Of a stretch of 64,000 bases of DNA, positions 11,840 to 21,168 are shown piece after piece; the first letter of the stretch is position 1; the number at the start of each line of letters is the position of its first letter. The DNA comes from Candidatus Hydrogenedentota bacterium (lineage in GTDB: Bacteria; Hydrogenedentota; Hydrogenedentia; Hydrogenedentales; SLHB01). Where the stretch lies: positions 1-64,000 of the forward strand of contig CAVUWV010000028.1 of assembly GCA_963745075.1 (NCBI GenBank). Reading direction: 5' to 3'. The position numbers and the translations under genes were made by a program. The notes under the pieces are model-generated. The model worked only from the letters and a program-made list of their open reading frames with translations. It was not told where the DNA came from and did no database searches.

Positions 11840-13174
11840 CTACTTCTTGAAGAGTTTCTGCACGGCGTCCAAGAGTTCTGCGGATGCGATAATGATAACG
11901 GAATCGCCGGCCCGCACGAAGGAATCGCCTTTGGGAACGATGACCTCGTCGCCGCGCAGAATGCTGCCGACCAGCGCACCCCGGGGCAGGCGGACGTCCT
12001 TGAGGGGTTTACCGTGGATGCTCGAATCGTTGTTGACCGTCAACTCGACAATCTCGATATCACCTTCTTCGAGCACGGCGAGGGTCGAGATGTTTTGCTG
12101 ATGCACCAGCCGGAGAATGCGGTTCGCAATGCTCGCGCGGGGTGTTACGGCGTGGTCGATGCCCAGTTTGCGCACGAGGGGCGCGAAGTCCGGCTGATGG
12201 ACGACGGCGATGGTTTGGTTCGCGCCCACCTCTTTGGCCAGTACGCCGGCCATGATGTTCTTCTCGTCGTCGCTGGTGCAGGAGATGAACACGTCGACCC
12301 GGTCTACGTGTTCCTGCTCGAGCGCGACCCGGGTTGTCGCATCGCGGCAGACGACCTTGGCTTTCTTAAGTTTGGCGGCGAGCTGGTTGCAGCGCGCCAG
12401 GTTCCAGTCCATGATTTTGGCGGATTGGCCGCGTTCCTCCAGGATTCGGGCAAGATGGAGGCCGATACTGCTACCCCCCATGATGATGACCTTTTCGGCC
12501 TTCTCCTCGCTACCCTTGAACATGCTCAGCATGCGCTCGATCTGATCCCGCTCGCCGATGAACGTGACGACGTCGCCGGGCTCGATCGTCGAATCGCCGT
12601 GGGGGATTAGCGTCTGGCTGTTCCGGGTAATGGCGCCGACGAGGGTCCCTGGCGGGAAGTGCACGTCCTTAAGCGTTTTGCCGCCCGAAGTGGGAGACTT
12701 GGTTACACGGAGTTGCCGCATCTTGACGAGACCCCGGCCGAAGTCCTCCGTGGAGATGATGCCGGGACTCTCGAGGTATTTCGCGATCTCGAGGGCCGTC
12801 AAGGCCTCGGGGCTCAGGATGTAATCGATGCTGAGCACCGTTTCGTAGAGAATATTGGATTCGATGTAGGTGGGATCGTCGACCCGCGCCACGACCTGTT
12901 TGGCGCCGAGGCCCTTGGCGGTCGCCGCCGCAATCAGATTGACCTCATCGCTGCCCGTAACCGACACGAAGAGGTCGGCGGACGCGACTCCCAGTTCGGT
13001 CATCAACATGACCGACGCCGCATCTCCTTCGATGACACTGACGTCCAGCGCGTAGTCGACCTGTTCGACCCGGTTGGTTTCGGATTCGATGACGGTGACG
13101 TCGTGCCCTTCCAAACTGAGAAGGCGCGCCAGGTGAAAACCGACCCGGCCGCCTCCGGCAACAAAGATGTTCAT
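11840..13174 (-). CDS. trkA: Trk potassium uptake regulatory subunit TrkA
   Basis: Two RCK_N/RCK_C pairs; GGGRVG and GGSSIG Rossmann motifs; 444 aa. Confidence 0.92.
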   Translation of the reverse strand: MNIFVAGGGRVGFHLARLLSLEGHDVTVIESETNRVEQVDYALDVSVIEGDAASVMLMTELGVASADLFVSVTGSDEVNLIAAATAKGLGAKQVVARVDDPTYIESNILYETVLSIDYILSPEALTALEIAKYLESPGIISTEDFGRGLVKMRQLRVTKSPTSGGKTLKDVHFPPGTLVGAITRNSQTLIPHGDSTIEPGDVVTFIGERDQIERMLSMFKGSEEKAEKVIIMGGSSIGLHLARILEERGQSAKIMDWNLARCNQLAAKLKKAKVVCRDATTRVALEQEHVDRVDVFISCTSDDEKNIMAGVLAKEVGANQTIAVVHQPDFAPLVRKLGIDHAVTPRASIANRILRLVHQQNISTLAVLEEGDIEIVELTVNNDSSIHGKPLKDVRLPRGALVGSILRGDEVIVPKGDSFVRAGDSVIIIASAELLDAVQKLFKK

Positions 13175-13452
13175 TTCTTATTCCTCAAAATCGATGCAAA
13201 ATCATAAATCTGCCGATCCGTGGATCATCCCCCAAGCGCGGCGGCGCTGTCAAACGTAGCAGGCCTGGGAAATGACGGGTTTGTCAACGGGGCGTGACAA
13301 AGTACGGGTTCGCTATTTCCAACGCGGCTTTTCTCAGCAGTTTATGGTGCCTGTCACACTGGCTGTCTGCGGTATGTTTTGGTAGGGTGCGCGCGTTGAC
13401 ACGCGGTTTCGTGATACACTTCAGGTAGACTCGGGCTGTGCCAATCGTTGCT

Positions 13453-13920
13453 ATGGTTGTCAAATACGTTAGAGAAGATTTTCGAGATCGTGCGAGGGGT
13501 CCCCATCGGGACTTTCCGCCGCCGTGGCGTCCCACTTTTCCGTTTCCCAAGATACAGTGGACGCGGGTGCAAATACTGTTTCTTCTCGCCTTGATCGCAC
13601 TGCTCTTTATCCTGGACAGTTTGCAGTCGACGCGGGAACGGGTGCCTTCCTCGGTTTCGGTAGCGGACGGCGTCGTGACCTCGAAGCATATGGAGACCGA
13701 CCTCGAGGGCAACCCGCGTTTTATGATCGAACTTCGGATGCCATTCGAGGATGCGGAAGCCGTTTCTGTGGAAGCGGAATGCAACGAGAAACTCTGGCAG
13801 GCCCTGTCTCCCGGCACATCGGTCTCGGTCAGCTACGACCCGCAACCTCGTAACGGCAAGCTCGTCATCCGAAACATCGAACCCACAAAACCAGTGGCTC
13901 CTACGACCATGTTCCGGTAA
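13453..13920 (+). CDS. Hypothetical membrane-anchored protein (DUF3592-like)
   Basis: One TM helix (ILFLLALIALLFIL), then ADGVVT and LSPGTSVSVSYDP. Confidence 0.55.
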   Translation: MVVKYVREDFRDRARGPHRDFPPPWRPTFPFPKIQWTRVQILFLLALIALLFILDSLQSTRERVPSSVSVADGVVTSKHMETDLEGNPRFMIELRMPFEDAEAVSVEAECNEKLWQALSPGTSVSVSYDPQPRNGKLVIRNIEPTKPVAPTTMFR

Positions 13921-14096
13921 GTCGTTTTGTATCATTAGCGGTGATTTGACAATGTCGAAATTGGGATCGGGATCGGGATCGAAAGCACTTTGCTCATCCC
14001 ACTTCGAGCCCGAGCCCGATTTCGAGAGTATTGTACGTTTCGACCATGCGCGACTGTTCTTGGTTCCAACAACCTCGATAGAGGTCCCGGCTCAGG
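13918..14096. repeat. Dispersed structured repeat of about 180 bp, copy A
   Basis: Highly similar to 39079-39269; central (GGATCG)n / (CGAGCC or CGATCC)n hairpin. Confidence 0.9.
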
Positions 14097-16098
14097 AAGA
14101 AGGATCGTCCGAAGTTTCGGACGTATCCCCGGGCTTGTGACTTAGCACGACTTGCTCGTATTCGATGGGATGGCGTTCCTTCATGTCTTCGTCCGTGATT
14201 TTCCCGGTGATCCAGGACCAATTCATGGGGTAGGTGTCGGGATCGAAGACCATGTAGTACATGTGCCAGATGACGATCGTGCCGCAGGCCAGCCAAGCTT
14301 CGTAGTAGTGGATCAAGGCGGCGATATCCAGATAGTACTTGGGGAAGTACTGTAGAAACAGCCCGCCATACCACATGCAGAATCCCGTGACGATCATCAG
14401 CACCGAGCCCCACCATAACCCCCAGTACTCGAATTTCTCGCTATAGCTGTACCGGTCGAAACGGGGCGGCTCATTGCGAAGTCCCACGCCGTAGGCCAAG
14501 TTCTGGAATACATCTTTGGCGTCTTTGAAACTGAGCATCACCTTCTTCAGATCGCGCCGGCCGCTCTTGAAGAAGATGCTGTAGATGATGTTCCAAACGG
14601 TTAACGCCACGAGGACCAGTCCGGCGATGCGGTGGATCGTGCCTCGGATGGCCAGATCTTCGCTGTTCAGGAAGAATGCTTTCGCCCACCAGGTGTCCGG
14701 GAAACGCAGGGCGAAACCCGAGATCGCGAGGACGATAAATGAGACGGTCAGAATCATGTGGCCGACGGTGTGTCCCGTGGTAAAGCGACGGTGGGTCCCT
14801 TCGTCGCCCATCTCAATGCGGAGTTTGGCCACTGCGTGACGGCCCATGAGCAGCGTGTTGTGGATGACCATGCCGCCGATGACCAGCCCAATCAGCCAAA
14901 GGTAGATGAGACGCACGATGCCCAGGGCTTTTTGGCTGGGATCGGTGGGGATGATATGCACGGGGCCGGCGGCGAAATTTGGTCCTGCGCCGGGATGGCA
15001 CTTGGCGCAGGTCTCCGGAAGGTTCTTCTTGTTCACCGAGGAATTCGGATCGTCGATGGCGAGAATGTTGTGTACACCGTGGCAACTGACGCAGGTGGCC
15101 ACGACGGTCGAACCGGCGGCACTGGCGAGACCGTGGTAACTGTCCATGTAACTGGCTTGACGCATCGTGATGATACCGTACCGCTCCATGACGCGTTCGT
15201 CGTCATGGCAGCGGGGGCATGTCGCGCGCGAAATCTGTTGCCGGCTCGCGGGGGACTCTTCGCTGGATGGTGGTTCAATATCGTGTTCCCCGTGGCAATC
15301 GATGCAGGTCGGTGCGTCCTGGATCCCGGCGGCGAGGGCCCTTCCGTGAATGCTCCCCTCGTATTCTTTGACGATGTCGGCATGGCACTTTCCGCAGGTT
15401 TCCGGGATGTTGTAGTGATTCACCGGGGATCGCGAGTCCTGAGCCGGTTCGATGTTGTGGGTGCCGTGGCAATCGTTGCAGGTTGCGGCCTCTTCGTTGC
15501 CTTCTTCGTACAATGCGTGGGCGTGGACCCCTTTCATGTATGCGCTGGACGGATCCGCGATCGAGATCATGTGGCTCTTGACCAGACCGGGGTCGGAATG
15601 GCACCTCCCGCAGGTTTTCACGAGGTTCAGCTTGTTGGTGCGGGACAAAGGGTCCGACACCGGCCGGGTGTCGTGGATGCCATGGCAGTCGGAACACCCG
15701 GAAATGTCTTTGTCGCCTTTCGTCAGTTCGATGCCGTGGAGGCTCTTTGCGTAGATTTCGGCCTCTTCGTGGCAGGTCCCGCAATCGACGGGTTTCAAGT
15801 CGTCGGGGTGGGGCAACTCTTCGATGTCGGCATGACACGCGGTGCAACCAATGGGGCCGTGAACGGAGAAGTTGTAGACTTCTTCGTCGATATACAAGGG
15901 AATGGTATTCCCGTTTCGATCGGTGCCGGTGGCTCCAGGTTCGTTGTGGCACAAGAAGCAATCGGAATCCTCGATAGCCCACGCGGAGAACCCGCTCGCA
16001 CACGTGATTGCGAGTAATGCGCCCAAACCGGCCAGCATGGGCGACAGGACTCGTATCCCACGGGTGGGACGGCCAACCTCCGACGTTTTACAGCTCAC
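14092..16098 (-). CDS. Multiheme cytochrome c (11 CxxCH) fused to an FdnI/HyaC-type diheme cytochrome b (CbcL-like)
   Basis: Signal peptide; CFLCH, CTACH, CGTCH, CSDCH, CGRCH, CNDCH, CGKCH, CIDCH, CPRCH, CVSCH, CAKCH; TM region with His ligands (GHMIL, IHRIA, IHYYEA..WHMY) and RYSYSEKFEYW. Confidence 0.92.
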   Translation of the reverse strand: MSCKTSEVGRPTRGIRVLSPMLAGLGALLAITCASGFSAWAIEDSDCFLCHNEPGATGTDRNGNTIPLYIDEEVYNFSVHGPIGCTACHADIEELPHPDDLKPVDCGTCHEEAEIYAKSLHGIELTKGDKDISGCSDCHGIHDTRPVSDPLSRTNKLNLVKTCGRCHSDPGLVKSHMISIADPSSAYMKGVHAHALYEEGNEEAATCNDCHGTHNIEPAQDSRSPVNHYNIPETCGKCHADIVKEYEGSIHGRALAAGIQDAPTCIDCHGEHDIEPPSSEESPASRQQISRATCPRCHDDERVMERYGIITMRQASYMDSYHGLASAAGSTVVATCVSCHGVHNILAIDDPNSSVNKKNLPETCAKCHPGAGPNFAAGPVHIIPTDPSQKALGIVRLIYLWLIGLVIGGMVIHNTLLMGRHAVAKLRIEMGDEGTHRRFTTGHTVGHMILTVSFIVLAISGFALRFPDTWWAKAFFLNSEDLAIRGTIHRIAGLVLVALTVWNIIYSIFFKSGRRDLKKVMLSFKDAKDVFQNLAYGVGLRNEPPRFDRYSYSEKFEYWGLWWGSVLMIVTGFCMWYGGLFLQYFPKYYLDIAALIHYYEAWLACGTIVIWHMYYMVFDPDTYPMNWSWITGKITDEDMKERHPIEYEQVVLSHKPGDTSETSDDPSS

Positions 16099-16222
16099 GC
16101 GAAGCCCCCTTTTTTCTTGCGGTGACAGTTGATTCCGACTACTGAGTCCTGCTTCTCACGTGCAACACGGGCTTCCCCCGGAAGCGCGTCGACGTGGAAA
16201 CACATTTAGCTTTTCGAAAGAT

Positions 16223-16238
16223 GCATTATTTGTGCCAG
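16223..16238 (-). promoter_or_regulatory. Putative sigma54 (-24/-12) promoter of the 11-heme cytochrome gene
   Basis: Minus strand reads CTGGCAC-AAATA-ATGC versus consensus YTGGCAC-N5-TTGC, about 125 bp upstream of the ORF. Confidence 0.55.
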
Positions 16239-16630
16239 ACAAGGCTTTCGGAATGGATATCCCATCGAGACTTGGATCGATTCAAGGCCGTGTCCAACCG
16301 GGCCACCCGACGCAAGGGTTGCACACATCCGTAATTAACTGCGGCGTAAGAACTTGTGCGAGCGTTGGGCTGGGCTGCGGAGTTCGGTTTGGCCCTTCGC
16401 GGGATCGTTCGGACCCCCTCCCGCGGTCTCGGCGGGCCGGTCGAGCGGAACCGCGCTGGGTGGTTAGTGCGATTACGCGGACCGGATGGTCGGATTTGAA
16501 CATGAATGTGCAGTACATAATTGCTCATGTCGATTCAATTTGGTGCTTTCGAAGCGAAATGGAGATCCCAAACCTGCCTAAATCTTTGATTCAGAAGCTC
16601 AAATGGGATGGCCCGGCGGTAATTCTCTGA

Positions 16631-16645
16631 TGGTACATAACTTGC
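16631..16645 (+). promoter_or_regulatory. Putative sigma54 (-24/-12) promoter of the 19-heme cytochrome gene
   Basis: TGGTAC-ATAAC-TTGC with exact GG-N10-GC spacing, about 85 bp upstream of the ATG. Confidence 0.6.
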
Positions 16646-16730
16646 GTCAAATCGGAAGGTTTGTGCCGCCAACGGTACGAATCGCGCAAGGCCACGACGC
16701 TATAGACGAACTGAAGGGAAGCCAGAGCAC

Positions 16731-19604
16731 ATGACTTGGGGCAACGAGAAGCGCTACGGGGGTAGGAGTCTGTTGTACAGGGCTGGATTCGTCAGCTTGG
16801 TGGCGCTCATCGTGTTGGCTGGAGGCATGGGCCTGAACTCCGTCCGGGCGGAAGACGCCGCGAGCGACGAGTCGACTGCGGAGGAACCGGTGTCGCTGGA
16901 CGATGAGACGTGCATGTTCTGTCACGAGGACGCGGGGTTGACACGAACGCTTCCCGACGGGACCGAGCAGTCGCTGACCGTCGACATGGAAACCTATTCC
17001 AATTCGATTCATGGTGGTATGGGCTGCGCGATGTGTCATGCCGACATCACGGAGTTGCCCCACCCGGAAAAACTGGCGCCCGTGAATTGCGGCGCGTGCC
17101 ACTCAACGGAACAGGAAATCTACGAGGGCAGCCTGCACGGCCAATCCGTCAAGAACAACGATCCCCTGGCGCCGTACTGCTGGGACTGTCATGGTCATCA
17201 CGACATTCTTCCGATAGCCGATCCGAAATCGCGGACGAATCCAATCAACATTCCGGACATGTGCGGCGGCTGCCACGATGAGGACGCGCCCGTGGCGAAG
17301 TCGCGGAACGTGGCCCAGCACGACATTTTAAAGAACTACGACGACAGCATGCACGCCAAGGGCCTCTATGAACAGGGTCTGACGGTCACCGCGGTGTGCA
17401 CGAGCTGCCATACGGCGCACAACGTCTTGCCGCATACCGATCCTGAATCGACGATTCATCGCGACAATATCGTAGGGGTGTGCACGAAGTGCCACAGTCT
17501 GATTGAGGAAGTGCACCGGAAGGTCATCGAGGGCGAATTGTGGGAAAAGCAGCCGGAAGTGATCCCGGTGTGCGTGGACTGCCACCAGCCCCACGTAGCG
17601 CGGCGGGTATTCTACGAAGAAGGCGTCAGCGATCAGGACTGTCTGGCCTGCCACAAGAACCCGGTGCAGGGGGCGGACCGAACGATTCCCGCAGTGGAAG
17701 CGGACTTGCTGGGCCGATCAACCCACAAAGACACAAGCTGCGCGCAGTGCCACACGGGCATTGACCCGCGGGATCCGGTTCGCCCTTGCGCCACGGTCGC
17801 AGAGTCGGTGGACTGCTCCATTTGCCATGCGGAGCAGGTCGAGCAGCACGCACGGAGCGTCCACGGCCAATTGCTCGCGAAAGGCGATCCGGATGCGCCG
17901 GCCTGTCTCGACTGTCACAGCGGTCATGGGAACCTTCCCAAAACCGACCCCGCGTCGCCGACGTATCCGACCAACGTGCCGCAACTGTGCGGCCGTTGCC
18001 ACCGCGACGGGGAAAAGGCGGCGAAACGGATTGGGCCGAAATACGCGGGTATCGTGCCAAAGTACACCGAGAGCGTCCACGGGAAAGGCTTGGCGCAGAG
18101 CGGCCTGGTGGGTACGGCGACGTGCACGAGTTGTCACACCGCGCACATGCCGCTGCCACCCGAGGACCCGGATTCGACGGTCAATCGCGAGCACGTCGCG
18201 GACACGTGCGGCCAGTGTCACGCGGGGATCGAGAAGACGTTCCTGAAGAGCATTCACTCGCCGCTCGTCAGCACGGAACCCGAGGACAAGCTGCCGGTTT
18301 GCAGCAATTGCCACACGGCCCACGGCATTAGCCGGACCGACGCCGATGCGTTCAAACAAGGGATCATCGAAACGTGTGGCTCGTGTCACGAATATGTGAC
18401 GGAGACGTATTTTGAGACACAGCACGGGAAGAAATCCAAGCTGGGGTCGACGGTGGCCGCGCGGTGCTACGATTGCCACGGGTCGCATGATATTTTGCCG
18501 CCCACGGATCCCGATTCGCATTTGAGCCACGACAATATCGTGGCAACCTGCGGGCAATGCCATTCGGGTGCGAACCGGCGATTCGCGGGGTATTTGACGC
18601 ACGCCACGCACCACGATCCAATCAAGTATCCGGCGTTGTTCTACGCATTCTGGGGCATGACGGCGTTGTTGGTGGGCACGTTCAGCTTCTTCGGGTTTCA
18701 TACCCTGATGTGGTTCCCCCACTCGCTTCGGGAGCAGCGGCGCAAGCGCAAGGAAGCCCTGAGCCAAACCGGAGAACGGGTTCTCGTGCGCCGGTTCGAT
18801 CCGGTGCTCCGTCAGATACACTTCGTTCTGATTCTCAGTTTCTTCGGACTCGCCCTGACGGGCATGGTGCTGAAGTTCTCGTACATGCCATGGGCGCAGA
18901 CCTTGTCGAACATCCTCGGCGGCGCGCACTCGTGCGGCACGATTCACCGCATCTGTGCGGTCATCATGTTCGTGGTGTTTATCGTTCACCTCGGCTACGT
19001 CCTCCAGCGGAAACGCAAGACCGGCTCGACGTGGAAGCAGATCTTGTTTGGACCCGGCACGCTGATCCCGAACGTAGGGGACGTGCGCGAGTTTATCGCG
19101 ACGGTGAAATGGTTCCGCGGCAAAGGACCGCGCCCGCAGTACGGCGAATGGACGTACTGGGAGAAGTTCGACTATTTCGCAGTCTTCTGGGGCGTCGCCA
19201 TCATCGGGTCGACGGGCCTGTTCCTGTGGTTCCCGGAAGAGTTCACGACGGTGCTTCCGGGCTGGCTCATCAACGTGGCCCAGATCATCCATAGCGACGA
19301 GGCGCTGCTGGCCGTCGGCTTCATCTTCACGATCCATTTCTTTAACACGCATTTCCGGCCCGAGAAGTTCCCCATGGACATGGTGATGTTCACGGGCGTC
19401 GTGCCGGAGGAAGAGTTGAAGGAAGAGCGGCCGCGCTTCTACGAGATGCTGAAAGAAAGTGGCGAACTGGAAGAGCGCATTACGCACCAGGCCCCGGCCA
19501 AGGAGTTCCGGTTCTGGGCCGCCATCTTCGGGACCATTGCGTTGGTGATTGGGTTCAGCCTCGTGCTGCTAATCATCTGGTCGATGGTGTTTGGATATCG
19601 GTAG
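16731..19604 (+). CDS. Large multiheme cytochrome c (19 CxxCH) fused to a diheme cytochrome b (CbcL-like)
   Basis: Signal peptide; 19 CxxCH counted from CMFCH to the last CGQCH; cytochrome b domain with QIHF, IHRI, WTYWEKFDYFAVFWG and IIHSDEALLAVGFIFTIHFFNTH. Confidence 0.93.
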   Translation: MTWGNEKRYGGRSLLYRAGFVSLVALIVLAGGMGLNSVRAEDAASDESTAEEPVSLDDETCMFCHEDAGLTRTLPDGTEQSLTVDMETYSNSIHGGMGCAMCHADITELPHPEKLAPVNCGACHSTEQEIYEGSLHGQSVKNNDPLAPYCWDCHGHHDILPIADPKSRTNPINIPDMCGGCHDEDAPVAKSRNVAQHDILKNYDDSMHAKGLYEQGLTVTAVCTSCHTAHNVLPHTDPESTIHRDNIVGVCTKCHSLIEEVHRKVIEGELWEKQPEVIPVCVDCHQPHVARRVFYEEGVSDQDCLACHKNPVQGADRTIPAVEADLLGRSTHKDTSCAQCHTGIDPRDPVRPCATVAESVDCSICHAEQVEQHARSVHGQLLAKGDPDAPACLDCHSGHGNLPKTDPASPTYPTNVPQLCGRCHRDGEKAAKRIGPKYAGIVPKYTESVHGKGLAQSGLVGTATCTSCHTAHMPLPPEDPDSTVNREHVADTCGQCHAGIEKTFLKSIHSPLVSTEPEDKLPVCSNCHTAHGISRTDADAFKQGIIETCGSCHEYVTETYFETQHGKKSKLGSTVAARCYDCHGSHDILPPTDPDSHLSHDNIVATCGQCHSGANRRFAGYLTHATHHDPIKYPALFYAFWGMTALLVGTFSFFGFHTLMWFPHSLREQRRKRKEALSQTGERVLVRRFDPVLRQIHFVLILSFFGLALTGMVLKFSYMPWAQTLSNILGGAHSCGTIHRICAVIMFVVFIVHLGYVLQRKRKTGSTWKQILFGPGTLIPNVGDVREFIATVKWFRGKGPRPQYGEWTYWEKFDYFAVFWGVAIIGSTGLFLWFPEEFTTVLPGWLINVAQIIHSDEALLAVGFIFTIHFFNTHFRPEKFPMDMVMFTGVVPEEELKEERPRFYEMLKESGELEERITHQAPAKEFRFWAAIFGTIALVIGFSLVLLIIWSMVFGYR

Positions 19605-19713
19605 AGATAGGAGACGTTTCGACCATGGCTGCCGCGCTACCAGTTACCATGTGGGAAATCCTTGCGTGCTCCAGCCGCCGCGTGAACAGCAAAACAAGAT
19701 TAGGTTCGAGCAT
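19573..19713 (-). pseudogene. N-terminal remnant of a nucleotidyltransferase (putative TA toxin)
   Basis: Manual translation MLEPNLVLLFTRRLEHARISHMVTGSAAAM...* carries the MVTGS nucleotidyltransferase motif and overlaps the stop of the upstream small gene. Similarity ends after about 30 aa. Confidence 0.6.
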
Positions 19714-19888
19714 ACAGGAATGCTTCGCGTAGCGCGGCTTTGATCTGGTCCTCGGTCCAGTCGGGATGCTGCATCCGTAGGCCGGCCGCCTTCAGTTCGC
19801 GCGCCGTGTTGTAAATGCGCTGCATTGCGTCCAGCTTCTGCGCCGGCGTCATGGCGCGTAGGATCTTCCAGTATTCTGAACTGTCCAT
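19700..19888 (-). CDS. Small helical protein, putative antitoxin partner of a nucleotidyltransferase
   Basis: MDSSEYWKILRAMTPAQKL...AGLRMQHPDWTEDQI...FLYART, 62 aa, coupled to the NTase remnant. Confidence 0.65.
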   Translation of the reverse strand: MDSSEYWKILRAMTPAQKLDAMQRIYNTARELKAAGLRMQHPDWTEDQIKAALREAFLYART

Positions 19889-20070
19889 AGATCTATTGTA
19901 CCCATCTCCCGCGAAACAGAAAACTCCGCGAAAACTCGAGACAACGACACAGTCACTGGCACGCTGCGAGGTCTGTGGCTTAGCGTTGGTTTGTGTGGAA
20001 ACTCGTGTAGAATATGCGGAAGGAACGGGGCGACGAAACGATTGGGGTGAAAACGGGGGACGAATTGAAC

Positions 20071-21165
20071 ATGGACTCCAGGAAGCGGGTCGCGCTTGCG
20101 CTGGCGCATGAGGAACCGGACCGCGTGCCCATAGACTACTGGGCCGCATCGGAAGTCACCGCGAGGCTGTTGGAGCGATTCGGACTTTCCTCGAAGGAAG
20201 ATCTGCTCCAGCACTTTAACGTGGACTTTCGCTACATAGACGGCCCCGCCTACGTGGGACCGGAGCCGGTGGTACGATCCGACGGTGCAATCGAGGATCA
20301 TTTTGGTGTGCCGCGCAAACGCGTCTCCTACGGCGAAGGAGACCGAAGGGGCACGTACAGCGAAGTCGCTACGTATCCATTGGGATACGCGACATCCGTC
20401 GAAGACATCGAACGCTATCCCAAATGGCCCCGCGTCGAGTGGTTCGACTATGAACCCGTGCGGGAGCAGGCACGCGAGGCGCGCGAACGGGGAAAGATCG
20501 TGGTCTTCATGGGCGACCGCATGAATCGTTGCGCACAGCTTAAACCAGCGATGTATATTCGGGGCGTCGAGCAAATCCTCATGGATCTGTACGAGAACGA
20601 GGACATCGCGCGCGCCATTTTCCGGCGTATTGCGGATTTCTACTGCGACTACCTGCGCCGTACCCTCGAAGCGGCGGATGGCCATATCGACATCGTGTTT
20701 ACCGGGGACGATTTCGGTACGCAACAAAACACGTTCATGCCCGTTGCGATGTGGCGCAGCATGCTTCGGGAGGGGTTCGAACGGTTCATCGCCATCGGCC
20801 ACGAATTTGGGTGCAAAGTCGCCCACCACACCTGCGGAAGTATTGCAAGCCTCATCCCGGACTTCATTGAGTGCGGTCTGGACATCCTCAACCCACTTCA
20901 ACCCAACGTCACCGGCATGGACTACGCAAAGATCAAGGCCGAGTTCGGTCGAGACATCGCGTTCCACGGATCCATATCCATTCAGAAAACCCTGCCCCAC
21001 GGAACCGTCCAAGACATCCGCAACGAGGTGAAGGATCGCATTGCCAAACTTGGCGGCGGGGGCGGTTTTATCCTCTGTACCGCCCACAACATCCAGGGCG
21101 ACACACCGCTCGAGAATGTCGAAGCCTTGTTCCAGGCGTACGCCGATTTCGGCACAATTCGCTAA
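20071..21165 (+). CDS. Uroporphyrinogen decarboxylase/MtaA-CmuA superfamily protein
   Basis: HEEPDRVPID, GDDFGTQ, HTCGS, DILNPLQP, GGGFILCTAHNIQ. Confidence 0.85.
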   Translation: MDSRKRVALALAHEEPDRVPIDYWAASEVTARLLERFGLSSKEDLLQHFNVDFRYIDGPAYVGPEPVVRSDGAIEDHFGVPRKRVSYGEGDRRGTYSEVATYPLGYATSVEDIERYPKWPRVEWFDYEPVREQAREARERGKIVVFMGDRMNRCAQLKPAMYIRGVEQILMDLYENEDIARAIFRRIADFYCDYLRRTLEAADGHIDIVFTGDDFGTQQNTFMPVAMWRSMLREGFERFIAIGHEFGCKVAHHTCGSIASLIPDFIECGLDILNPLQPNVTGMDYAKIKAEFGRDIAFHGSISIQKTLPHGTVQDIRNEVKDRIAKLGGGGGFILCTAHNIQGDTPLENVEALFQAYADFGTIR

Positions 21166-21168
21166 CCG

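Noticed and set aside
13175..13437. ydaO/c-di-AMP riboswitch upstream of trkA
   Set aside because: No recognisable conserved elements.
13994..14091. Conserved peptide RGCWNQEQSRMVETY encoded by both repeat copies
   Set aside because: It follows from nucleotide identity. The two copies stop at different places and lack a shared start and RBS.
16240..16730. Cyclic dinucleotide (GEMM) riboswitch upstream of the cytochromes
   Set aside because: GACGCAAG and CGCAAGGCC fragments are present, but the GGCAAAC..GAAA stem and second hairpin are not recognisable. An Infernal scan would settle it.
17718..19487. Long antisense ORFs (e.g. 17718-19487, 31311-32942, 42094-43554, 14758-16017)
   Set aside because: Shadow ORFs opposite well-supported genes in GC-rich DNA, with no motifs.
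14035..19627. 14-bp direct repeat ACGTTTCGACCATG flanking both cytochrome genes (14035-14048 and 19614-19627) as possible att sites
   Set aside because: The left copy is internal to the dispersed repeat, no integrase is nearby, and a few 14-mer matches are expected by chance in 64 kb.
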